NCBI GenBank assembly: GCA_046563655.1
Contig: CM102285.1
Coordinates: 11,160,001 to 11,224,000, forward strand
Length of the DNA: 64,000 nucleotides
Reading direction: 5' to 3'
Source of the DNA: Yuukianura sp. NJ FZ-2021
Lineage: Eukaryota
The first letter of the stretch is position 1. Every line of letters begins with the position of its first letter. The notes under the pieces were generated by a model, which was given only the letters and a program-made list of their open reading frames with translations, was not told the DNA's origin and searched no databases. Position numbers and translations under genes: made by a program. Shown here one piece after another: positions 1 to 13,100 of this stretch.

Positions 1-186
1 AAATAAAAACCAGTTTTATAAGGCATCGCACCGAGCAAAGCAACCATTGCAATCCGTAGTAGATACTGTAGCATATAAAACAACAACGCGCTTGGACTTG
101 ACTTGAGATTACTGCTTACTACCGGGTTGGTATAATTAATACCCGACTAAGATTCGAAAATGTTCTTATTTCAATTAAAAACTCAC

Positions 187-1110
187 CTAGCTGGTTTGTG
201 GTATTCGCACAAATAGTCGAACCTTGAATCCGGCACGGCTACCCTACGTAAAATACAATTGTTTCATTAAAATAGATAATTCGTAACAAGAATTGAGCAT
301 GTTCTAGGATATCACCATTATCCTACTACAAAGAAGCAAGCAAATGCAAGGAAACAGTGTTTGGCAAGTTAAAAACGTGGAACATTTGTTAGGTATGTAA
401 ACACATCAATACCGCGGGGTGTTAAGTAGTAAAATGCAAGCACTTTTGAAATTGAATAAATTGATAATTGAATAAAAGACTTATTTTCATTCGGATCGAT
501 GGTACAGAAGGGGAAGTTTTCAGCCGGAATTGCACTTTTCGTCAAAACGTTGAAGAACGTAGATTTACCCACATTTGGTAGACCAACTGAAATCAAATTA
601 AAAGATGATGACATTAGAATACGGCAGTTTGACAGCATTGTAGTTGATTCTACGGTTTATACTACTGCATACTGTCTGACTTCAAATAACTATACATCGC
701 AGGCAGGTTCCGTTTCCATTTAACGGTGATTCTTTAACGATCCACTATATCTTCGACGAAGACGAAAGAATAATAATTGTATACTTACCTTACTAAAAAT
801 TAACTCTATGTCTAACATTGCTTGACGTAATCTCTAAAGTTTTAAAAGCAATAGGATGTACGGCACTTCCACGAGTATCGATTTCTTTCCGAGCCGATTA
901 CTGTAGAATCGCCAACGTGAAAGGGATCATGACTATTGACACCAAGTGACACCAATGTCCCATCGCTTGATTGATTAATTCACGCTTACAAGAGTAACGA
1001 ACGATGTAATAACGATTTACTAACAACTTACCAACTCCAATTTTGAGATTAGTTCCTATCCTTCCAATCAATGGTTTGGGTTCGACGACTTCCGGCTTCT
1101 TTGGAGGCAT
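187..1110 (-). CDS. OLA1: Obg-like ATPase 1 (YchF/OLA1 family), 5' part only. Exons 1110-1032, 586-485 (or 586-481) and 247-187 (or 243-187); the gene continues beyond the left edge.
   Basis: Spliced translation [81 protein letters not shown]. It contains the P-loop GLPNVGKS and the switch I region FPFCTIDPN typical of OLA1/YchF. Donors are GTAAGT at 1031 and GTGAGT at 186; acceptor TTTCAG at 587. Confidence 0.96.
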
Positions 1111-4100
1111 GACTGATGTGTCACCGTCTTCCAGGTCACTACACTGGACTAACGACTGAAGTGTCAAATGTCAACTGTCAAAATCAATTAACTTTAACTG
1201 GTTAATTACAATTAACTAGGCTCGAACACCTGTTTTTATGAAATAAGCACCGGATAGTTTAAATGCAGCGGGAAAAAAAAGACTGGATTTTCAAATCACA
1301 TGATAGTCCGACTGAAGGCTCCACACAACCCCGCATCACCACTTCACTTGGTATGGGCAGCGCATCACTAATTTAACAAATTAAAATTATTTGCAATTAA
1401 ATAAAAATCTTCGAAAATTAATTATAATTAATTTAATTCATTTATGTTTTAATTAATCTGTAAATTAATAGCTTCAGAATTATGATTTTAGTATTATATT
1501 AACTAGGGATACCAGATTTCAGTCTTCTTTGTACCCCTCTTAAACCTATTCTTCCAAGAAAACCAATAGTTTTAAATACATTAATTATATTTATATTTAT
1601 TTTAAAAGTCATTTTAATTAATGGTAGTTAAAATTATAATTTTTAATTACAATTGATAAAATTATGTATTTTACTTCATCGGTAACACTAAAATCCGAGT
1701 TTTTAAATATTGAGTAGCTTCAACATCGCTCATCTCCAGAGATGGCACACGTTTAGCTCAAAGCTCAGCGTTCTTTTGAATGGATTTGGGATTTTACAGA
1801 ACTGCCTGTTAGAAATATGAAGTAGAATTCAACAATTAGAATTAGAATCAACAATTTTAATTCTTGGAATGGTGTAGAGTTAACTATCATTTGTTAGCTA
1901 CGAGTAATTAATTTGTTAGAATTAATTAATTATTTTAATTCCCCCACAACAATTTAAGTATAACTGTATTTGCCGATATAAGACGTGTTTTGATTTGGTT
2001 GAAACTGCAAACGGCGTTAAAGTTAAGTTAGGTAAGCCTTACAATTAATAACGGTAAAACTGAAATTTTGTTTCGCCTAATCAGTTTTTTAAGACTTTTC
2101 AAGACAAAATTGATGAATTCATCATGAATAGCCCAATTGCCAGAGAGAGAGATACAATTGGAAGGTTCCGTTACTAAAGTTCAGATTCAATTGTAAAGAC
2201 TTTCACTCAAGTGGTTCCATTGAGAAGTGTGGCTGTAGTTTTGAGGAGTAATTTGGTATATGATGATGGATCTTCGTACTTTTGTGGGATGATTAGCACT
2301 GCTTCAGTGGATTTAATTGTGGTGTTTGTGGTAAAGAATGGAGGCTGCCGGTCGTTCCGACGAAGAAACGGTGACAGGCGACCACAGTCAAAAAGATTGA
2401 AGAGAAACCGGGCATGCCTGCCTGCCGACACGGCGTTATGACTCTGCGGCTTTCCCTTGCGCTTCACTCAAAAAACACAACAAAAATCTATACGAAAATG
2501 CAAAAATTCTTCAAACTTGATGTTAAATTGCTCATGAAATTTTTCCTTAACCACATGAACAATGGGATCTGGACGCTGCTCGGCTACTGTTAAGTTCTTC
2601 CGTCATGCGAACTTTCATTCATCTTGTGGTTTCAGCCGCAAAAATCAAATGAGTAAGAAAATTGAATGGAAAGTAGACACAAAATTGGTTAGTTTCTCAA
2701 TTCAAAAACCAAATTATGAAAGAAAAAAAAAGAACCGGGGAAAAAATTCGTCTTTTCAACCAAAAATGTTCTTTCTCCCAAAAATTCGTTGTTGCCTCGA
2801 GTCCATTGGAACAAAACCGTATTCTAAAAAATTGGCTCTTTTGATAGTTACTTTGAATGCATCTGTCCCATTGTTTTGATCCACATTTTCTTTTCAGATT
2901 GAGCTAAAAGGGGCTGAAACTGTATGGAGAGAGGGAGGCTAATGCATTTTGGTGAGTAGGTAATCATGGCGTGTGAATCCAAGTTTGTTCATTGTACTTG
3001 CTCAATTGTTGTAGTACCTGCGACGCTGCAGTAGACGCTGAGCGCTGCTAAGGCTCCAAAAGTAGACTTTAGGCAGCACTGTAAACGAAAAAACGATAAA
3101 AAATTCTAAAAGTCATTGAATAATGGGGGGCGTTTCCCTTTAAAAGTTGAGGGAGCCTTTTCAAAGGGAAGGGGAAGAGGAGATGGGTTTGAATTCAACA
3201 TAAATAAATATGATCATAAAATATGGAAAAACATCAACTCCCTCCTAAAACACATTACTTTACTTTTACTTTACTTTATGAACATTAGAGTAGAGAGGAA
3301 CATTTAGAAGTCAAGTCATTTTCCAAAACCATAACCAAATCATGCAATCCACAGCTCAATTTTTTGTTTCGTTTTTTTCTCTCTAGATTATAATCGTTTT
3401 CTTAAAATAAAAACTGAAAAAGAAAAACAAAACCGAATGAGCTCATGTTTTCACAAAGTGCATTTCAAAAAAAAAAAGTGAAAGCGAAAGAGAAAGTGGA
3501 ACTTTCAAAATTTGTACAAACCGTACGTATATGTTTCAGAAAATTGCAGTCGGCGTTTTTGTTTGACAAGTATTGTTAGATTGTCCGATTGTTTTGTTGG
3601 CTTGTTCCGCTTAGCTTGTGTCGCGCCGCCGTGATCAGGGTGACCGTGCCGTAAATCCAAGTGTTCCTGAAGGCCGTTTGGCTGATGCCTTCGTAGTTGA
3701 CAGAAAATGAAGGGCCCAGGGTGTCACAGGTCCCCTCCCTGGAGGAGTTGTAAGGCGGGGAGTCATTGGGTAACAAAATTGAGTAGCTCACCTAACCTAA
3801 CACAGCCTGAAAACCAAACAAGAAAGAGAAGGAAACCGGAAGTGAGGACCCGGGTAATAACCGAATCCGAATTGTATTCATCTCCTACGAAGAATACAGG
3901 CGGCTTGCTTGCTTTCATTTCTTGTGACCTATTGTCACACTACCGTCGTTTTCTTCTTGTCGGCTTGTTTTTTCCTTCAAGGCGGCCGGCTGCTTCTGTT
4001 ATTGATTTTTTTGAAAAGTAACAATTTTGAAAAAAAATTAACAATCACAACAATACGTTTTTACCATCACAGTTGAATGACATACCAGCCCTTGTGGTCT

Positions 4101-7100
4101 TGTCACAAGAGAACAAAGTCACGTTAACTCAAAAGTGCTAATTCACCTTTTCTCTGAATGACAAATTGCCAAGAGCCAAAATTTTGATTCATGAGTTTCT
4201 TGTTCTTTGAGCCGATTGTGTAGCCAGTTTTTAAAAAATATGAAACTTATTTTTCAGTTTTTCACGCCCATTTGCCTAATCACAGTCAATTAATCAAGAG
4301 AGATTTCTAAAACAAGTTTTGATGTCGACATAGTAAGTACAATTTGTCTTATAGAGTTAGGAAGTCCTTGTATTCATCTGTCTCTTGATTGAGTCTACAT
4401 TGTCTTATATTGTCAATTCATCAAAAGAGAGTAGGAAGAGCCTTAAGGGCTCAAGTCCATTTCAAAAATTCACTTGTGATTAATCAAGTGAACAGAAATT
4501 AATGGATTTAAGTTTGATTTGATTCAAACAACCAAACTAATTTGCTATTGAAGTCTCTCCAAAGGTGTTAAGTGCATTTGGTTCCTGAATGGCTCAAGTG
4601 CTAACAGTAAAAAATTGTTGACTGATGGATGTTTCGAGGCTGAATTCCTTTGATTTCACTTTTCACACCTGAATTAGTAATTAAGGTAACAATTTCTCAG
4701 TCATAAAAGATTCAATTCTTCTACTTTTTTTGAGTCCAAGATGTTCTGGTATCTGTGTTGATCTTGATCTGATTCTTGGCGTCTGATGGAGTAGTGAAAG
4801 GTGCGTTTTCTAATGATCCACAGCTCAAATGGTTCCACTTGAAGTCAAAATGGAGGACAAGTTTTTTTGTCAGTCGAAACTGTAGCGCTGCGGCACGGCG
4901 TCGGCGGCGTCAACGGTTCTTCGGAGAGAATGAAGTTATTAGTCCTTGGTCTCTTTTGTAACGATGCTACTTGAGCTATTTTAGATTCATGTCGTCAGTG
5001 AGTTGGCTTTTTTAAGGATTGACTTGGCTGGAATTCCTTCTTCAACAATTGAATTCAAGAGTGATACAAATCTTTTAAACATCTCTGAGGAACAATACAG
5101 TTTCTGTTCAAAAAGATTCTTTGAGACCAAATTGCCTCTTCAACACCTCTCTGACAATACACCGACGTCAGACTGCCGACGACTGACGGCAGCAAATATT
5201 AGCTTTTCTACTTCCAATGCTATCTCTAACCCAATTTACTAACTTCGAAGACTCCCTGACTCTGCAGATTTGAAAATGATTTCAAAAAAAGATTCAGAAA
5301 TTTTGTGGAAAAGATCCGGAGATGTAACAGCTTTGACAAAGTTTTTGACTTTCCTGTATTTTTGGAGAAAGTTAAGACAATTTTTGGTGGAAAACTTTCC
5401 CCGTGCTTTTTTTTCCTGATTGTAGTCAACCAAATAAGTTTTGTTGCGCTGTGCTTGTGGTTTTTTTTTATTGTGGAAATGTTATGTTCGTGTGAAACGA
5501 TTTGGATTGAAGCGTTGAAGCAGGATTAATCAAGACTGAAGGGCGCGTAGTCTGTTCCCCCTTTATTGATGCACATTTGAAGATCGATTGGCAATTTGGC
5601 AGAGCTCTTGTTCAAAGTCAGTGACGACGAGGGGAGAAAGTTCAAAATTCTACGAAAGTGTCTTCGTCATTTGAAGCTGTTAAGATCTTCCGCTTTTTGT
5701 TCTTCATTCGACGCAAGTTCTAAAGTTCTCTCTCCAAGTCCATTAGGATCTAGAGATCTTCTTCCAGAACTTCCACAGAGACGCTTGTGCTTTTCGAAAT
5801 GCTTTTGTTTCTAAGAAAACTTGACTTTTCTCCCTTCATTCTGTCCCTCGAAACTTCGACTTTCTGCCACGCCCATTTCTTCCCTGTTCACAATTTCCCC
5901 CTTCCCAATCCCAGTTCCTGCCGCAGAATCGGTCATTTCCAAAGCGCTTTACTTTTAGCAGCGAAAAAAATCCAATTCCTTTTGATCCTTACCGCAGTGC
6001 TTGAAAATGTTCCCTTGACTTTACGTTTCTCCTTTGCAAAGAACCATGGTGGTGAACCATTATTTACTTTTAGACGAAAATCGTCGAGTCTTAAAGGCTC
6101 CGGAGAAAGGTGTCTGGAGGCCCTTAGCCTTTCATGTTCCAACCCTTGCATGCAGAAACAAACCTTACATAACATTTACTTTTTGGAAACTAAGGGCCCC
6201 TGCCCTTAAAAAACCTGACCTCGACCTTTACCTTTCCCAAGAAGAAAAAACTTAAAGGAGGCGGTTTAGCTAATTTCCGTTGTAGAGCCCGACAGAAGGT
6301 CGGCTCCACTTTTGTCTTTAACTATATCCTATGGTCTGTCAATTGGTTAAGCAAATGCCATTTTAGACAACTTCAAGGCTTCAAGGTAGGCGACTAAGGG
6401 CCCCCGTCCAGAATTTACCTTAGGAAGGACCCCCTTCATGGGTAGGCTGCTCACTTTCTTCTAAATCAAAATTATTATCCATATTTCTCATGCTTCGGCG
6501 CCTCGAAATTGCCAAGAGTTTGAGCAATTTAATTTTCGAAAAGTGGCTGAGCATTTTTGTTTCAGTTTTTTAAGTTGAAAGGAAATGGGCCGTTTTCTTT
6601 AATAATTTTGTTTCAGTTTTGAAAATAACAAGCCCCTTTAACCTCTATCATTACTCAAATTAACAAGGTAGAAATTTCTGAACAAAACGACATGGATTTC
6701 GAACTGTGAAGTGGTTTTCAGGAATTTTGGATTTCGTTTTTGAAAACTTGGAAAATCTGAAATTTCATCTTTCAGTAGATTATAGTCATCACAAATGTTT
6801 TGGACCCGCCCGATTGTCTTGACTTTCTCCGAATTGTGTCGTTGAGTGAAAATAGATTTTCAATTTGACAAAATTTTGAAAAGCGGAGGGACGAAACCTT
6901 ATTTAAGTTTTAATTTAATAACCAGGCATTGGATATCTTAAAAATTAAAGCCTTTTCCTAAACCTCCTCGTACGTTATGGAATTAATTAAATAGAGCAGA
7001 GACATAAGTAGGAAATTATAGAATTCAAAATTTGAAAAAGGCGTTTTCTTCCAAATTTTGAAAGGAAAGAAAGAAAACTGATTACAATTTAAAGAAAATA

Positions 7101-10100
7101 GAGGCTACTCCAATTGAAATTAATTTATAACAATTTAGTGGATTACTCATGCAAGGTTATCTTTAAATTTTAACTCTAACCTTTTGGAGACTATCAATTT
7201 TTGAAAAACAAAAACAGGACACGGAAAAAGAATGATCACAATTTGGCCTAATACTTTCTCCTGCTTCTTTTTTCCAAGTTGGAACAACTCCGCCCATTTT
7301 GAAGGAGAACTGAAGTGGAAAAATTTAATTCCCAATTTCCATTGTTCTTGTTCCTTTGTTTCTCGTTTTATAAATTGCTTTCTGTGTAGCACTTTTTCTT
7401 TGAAATTTTTAAAGTTTTTGATGTGAGTAATTTCCAATAGTTTTCCAATCAAGCCGACGAATATCAGAATTTGGCTTACGCTTGAAGGGGTAAGGTTGAA
7501 GTAAGGGAACAATCGCAACGTTGTATCCAATCGAGAGATGTAATTTGTGTCGTATTTATCTAACCAACTCAAAATGTCCGTTGAATGCTTCTATGACATA
7601 ACAGTATGCTGTTTCGTTAGATTCGCTTCAAACTTAATTTAGTTTAAAATTTTTAATCAACCATGTATCGGTAGCTTATGAAACATTAAACGTACCGTTT
7701 TCGCAGGAATGTCACAGTAGTGTAGTTTATTTCTTGTTTCAACCACAAGCTACGTTTGACTTTTTTTTTAAAAAAACCTGAGTTTGAAGTAACTTTTCTC
7801 TTATAACTTAGGGAATAGAAAGAGGCTGAGTCGATATCATATTTTTCATGTTCCTGTGCAGAGGACCACGCCCCAAAGAAATGAAGGAGGACGGCCCAAC
7901 ATGTCCTTTAAAAAAGATGATAAATAGTTAAATACTACATGGAAGCTCACTTCTCACAGCAGGCCACTAAGAACCCCCTCCTGAGATGATCAATTTTTCA
8001 ACATTTTCAGGTTTTTTAAAGAAAAAAAGTTGTTCGAATTGGAAAACCTGGAAGGTTGTGCACGGGGAAAGCGTAATGATTCAATAGGTACTATGTGAAC
8101 TGAGGTGTTTGGATTTAAGCGTCTGTGACCTTAGGTTCTCCGGCTGAAGATGAGCTATTACTAACAGTAGTTGTTCATATTAACTTAACAGCTTGTCCAC
8201 CTCCTCAAAACTATACTTTATCATCCAAAAACTTCATCTTTTGCGTCTCGAATTCTAAATAACATTTTCTAAACACGAAAAAAGTTGTTCGCATCTGCCT
8301 AGCTTGGAAACAACACTTTCGGCTTATTTTAAAACAAGAAATTGTATTTTGTAGAAAACGGGAGGAAAAAGAAGGGTTAAAATATTTTACAACTCAAAAA
8401 TGAAGTTACGGTTCGTTTGAAATGCAAAATGTGGTTCCCGTGTGTGGTGTTGGTTGCCAGAATTTACTAATTCTTCAGCACGTCTTTCAAGATCCCATCT
8501 TTTCGCCTTCGTTTCCTTTCTGGAATTTGGCAGAAAACAAGTTTTTATGTTCGGAAACTAATTTTTGAAAGAAAAACGACAAACTAAAATTTCGAGTCAC
8601 TCCAATTTAGATCTCCTCCGCAAATACCAACTCTCAGTCAGTCATTCCTCCACACCCAGGTTTCATTTTAGTTTCAATTTCGTAATGTCACACTTGAATT
8701 CAATTTATGTGTCAAATTCTTTAGATTAAATTCGACAAAAAATAACCCTAAAAATAATCTTCTGTTAATGCGACAGACTCTCTCTCAGATGGCGGAGTAC
8801 CAAAGAAAGTTTGGAATTGGAGAAAGTTGACGCTTTGAAGTTCACTAGTGAAAGTGTGGCAATAGACGAGGGAAGTTTCGAATAACTAATTAGTTGAGAT
8901 CTCATCTTCCGCAGCTTCCTTCATCTTCATTTTCCCTTTGGTGACATTTGAGGACCATTTCAGTCTTCCCAATTAGCCTTTTGCCTCTTTGGCTCGTGAA
9001 CTTCATAAAATTTGACTCCTAGAAGCTCTCCCTTTGACCCATTAGCTTTTCAAACTCTCTTCCAAAAATTAGTCCTCAAATGTCTACAAAATGCTTAACT
9101 GTTCTTTCTTTTTCAGTTTAAAAAAAAATGAAGTTTTGAACTTTACAAATTCTCAATGTTAAATTTTGAAGCAGAAACAAAATGTTTTATTGAAAGTCGA
9201 TTGGAGAAAGTTCGGAAATTTGACCGTCTGTAAATTTTCTAATTCAGTTTCCACTTCTAGCACAAGAAGATTTTCCTGTGACTGTTTCCTTGTTTATTAA
9301 AGTGACCTGTATGACCTTTCACCTGTTTGTATTACCAGAGGTTTTCTTAACTATAAAAAGAGAAATTTTGGCAACAGTTAGATTTCAAACCACAGGAATT
9401 GCCTAGCCCCAATGTTCATGTTCCTTTTTTTGAATCATTGAAGATTGAAGCTTATTTTGACACGGTGCAGTGCAGACAGAACAAGTTAATGCTCAAGTCT
9501 GTTTCTTTTGTCTTGTCTCTTGAGATCTCCTGGTCCTATGGAATGCTGGTAGTTTTTGAAGATGAAGATCATCATGTCGTGGCAGATCTTGAAATTGACA
9601 GGGGAAGTTGAGGTTGGGTGCCTAATGATTCGTGAAATGCTTCCATGAACCATGCATCATCTCTCGAAGGCTTCAGAAGACCCACCACCATCATTTCAAA
9701 GTTAACTTGATCAAAAAGCCTCTAAAATAAATTCACCATTATTTATTACCCAACCGCACAGCTCCCTGTCTCGAAACGGTGGAGAAAAGCCTTTCAATTT
9801 CATTTCCATTGTCAAATCTACACAGTTCTTTTTTCGAAGTGCAAGTCTGTTTCAGTAGCACCCAGATCTCCCTTCCCTTGGCTAAAGCCACCATGTCATT
9901 CCAGTATTTTGATTCAGAGCCCTTCCTCTATTCAATTTACAACTGCTGAATTCGTAAAGTCAAAAATCAAAAGTTACCACCACAGTGGGCATGGTTTTTG
10001 AAATGCCTTCTCCAATTTTATGGACCGCCGTTCCCAACAAATCTAAAACTTCATCCGTGTCATTCGGATGTTTAAATCGAACCCTCACCAACATTAATAC

Positions 10101-13100
10101 TTTGCTGTTAGCAAAACGAGCCCTTGCGAATGGGACCCTAGGGACTTAGGAAAGGCAGTTGCTTAGAAAATAGGATGAGTAGCAGAACCAAATCGCTACT
10201 TCAAAATCTAAACACCGAAACCAATGTCATTTCTAATAGAATTACACGCTCTTAGGCAAATTCGAAAGTTTTCAACGATATGTGAACCTTAAGGGCATTA
10301 GAATCAAGCGTTATTTAGAAAATTTAAGCTGGTTTAAAAAAAAAGCTCGACAAACTCGAAAACCCTGGCGGGTTACCTCCATACGTTATGAATTTTTGTC
10401 AAACCTTGTAATTAGTTTTGAATTCAATATTTACGTTAGGTCACAGCCGGATTACAAACGCTGTTGGACGTTACGGTAGAGGCCAGATTGAATGAAAAAG
10501 TTGAGCCCTGACTGCGTGACCCCATAGAGTGAATGTGTTCTTCCCTAGTCGAGGTCATTCAATTGAAGATGAAGCTATTAGGCGTCGGATGTTGTGCCAT
10601 TAGGCACCAGCGTAAGCCGTTATGTGGATCAGGAAGCACAATGAAACTCCAGTTTGGATTCAAAGGGTTCTTACATAAGGAAAGGATCCATCTGCATGGG
10701 GGACTTCCCATGGTTTACTGTTGACGATTTGTCCCTTTTCAGCTCACACTTTCAAAAACAACAATAGAAAACAGGAACAGAGATCATCAATTCAAAAAAA
10801 GTAGTGTACTATGCCACAACATTGAGCCAAACAACGAACATCAAAGTTAAGTCCAAAGTAAATATAAGTTAATTAACTAAATTCATGAAATTGTACCAAC
10901 TACACAATTAAATCATAACTTTTCTCCTAAGAACTTTCCCTTCCATTGATCGAACAAAACTTTCACTTTTGAATTTTGAAGCACCTGAATTATGAGAAAT
11001 TAACACACGGCGCTTTAGTTTTTTCACTTTTAAATTTCTGGATTTCATTTTCTAGGTTGACTTCATTATCTTCTGAGATGCTTATTAAATTCTATTGTAT
11101 AATTTTAAATTAAATTTCACATTTTTATACCATTTTTAATATAGGTGACCCAATTTTTGATTAGTTGCAGAAGTTGTGTACAGTTGGTCTCTCCTCAACC
11201 CTTTCTCTGACACTCGGAAGAGACTGCGTGCTGTGTTATACAACACAACATGAATTGAGATCTTCTTCCTATGTTATTAGTCCAACTCTTTTACAAGATG
11301 AAATTAGACTCTAATTTTTTACTTTTTTTTTAAATTCAAAGCACTTGGCTTCCGGTCTCTCATGTTCTGAGGAAACTGCATTGTATTGAAAGTGAAAACA
11401 CATTCGCATTCTCTCGTGATCTTTGAATCCCTGATTCCTTAACCCTTCTTTTGACAAAAGTTCTCAACAATTGAGACTTGCGTGTGCTCAAAGGGTAAAT
11501 ATAGGTTAGCACAATTCAGCTCAATTGAACTCTGCGCTACTACTACCGTGGTGGTGGGCTGACCCTGGACATATTTTGCCTAAATAGAGAAAGAAGACAT
11601 TGTGTGCTCGCTGAGTCAATTCGGAATTGAAAAGTTTTGGGCGTGGTTCGTAGTTCCTTCAATGAAATTGTAAAAATAAAATAAAAAACGAAACCATTTA
11701 GAATTTGAATTACAATTGAATCAAAAATCCAACAGTCCAAAAATTCTCTGTAGATCAGAACAGCTTGTTTCCTCAATTTTGATCTACTGCTGGGTATTCG
11801 TGTCTGATTTTTTAGGGGACAATGTCATCAGTGCTTTTTTTTCTCAAAAGTTGTTTAATACATTTTGCTCAGAATTCAATTGAAAGTCAATAATTATAGA
11901 GAGCAGGAAGGAGTTACTGAAAGTAGAGATTTATTTTTATTTATTTTTCTTCATAAAAATAAACCCTAACACTTTTTTGGTTTAGCAGGAGCCAAGGCTT
12001 GGTTGATTTAGACTCCACATTCCCTAGAATTCATTCTGATCTTTGTCGTCTTCTTTTGTGTGTCGACAGACGCTTTTTAGCCATTATTAGACCTAGGATG
12101 CATTTTTCAACCTAACTGCACCCATTAACGTCAACAGCCTCTGAGAACTGCTTGCAGGAACTCAACCCTTTCCCAGACACATTTTAAACAGTTGAAGAGC
12201 TCCAAGTTCCTGTTCTTACGGCGAAAAGAAAATTATTGAGTTTCCACTTCCGTTTAATTCAACCCAGATTTAATTTAATGCTTCATCTGTCCCTCCAACG
12301 ACATTTCTAAAATACAATACAACTACTGCGATAAAACAAAATTGAAATTGGAATCAAACTACAAGTTTTTTTTTTTGTGTGTAGAAGTAACCCAAAACTA
12401 GCCAAAAGCTGGAAAGTTTTATCGAAATTAAACTCTGGTTAAAAAATTCCTTGAACAAAATTGTGAAAAACTCCAAATAAAATTTAGTTTTTTCCGTTTT
12501 TCCCAGGTTTTTTCAATATCTTGCGTAAAGGCTAATTTTCTAAAAATAATTTATTGTCCCTACTGTGTACAGTTCAAAAGAAAAAGTAACTTTCACCTGT
12601 TTATAATTTTTGGATTTAGTTTTTACATCCTTTTACGCTCTTTAACGCTTTGTTAGTATTTCAATTTTGAAATTTAACAGTATTTTCAGGAGGAATGAGC
12701 CCAGAACATTTTTATAAATAGCATAAAAAGGACAGTGACGATGTAAGAGCATAACCATGTGCGTCCTCGTTAAAATGACGAATTGTTTTCCAGGGACACG
12801 TTGAAATGCTGGAACTCTGTGCAGAGTCACAAGTCTCTAATTTTAAAGTAATAATGAAAGCTACAATTTGGAATGACAAATGGTCCCATGGTCCTTGGCC
12901 TTTGACAATTTCTAAACTCAAGTCTCCATTCTTCATCTTCCCCAATGACAAATCTGCTGCTGATTTAGACAAACCTACCCCATATCAACACTGCATTCGA
13001 CGTTTGCAGTCCAAATTTTACAATTCGAGCACAAGAAAATGCTTCCATCAAGATAAAAAATCAAACGTTCCGAAAAAATAATATGATGAAACCGTGCTAA

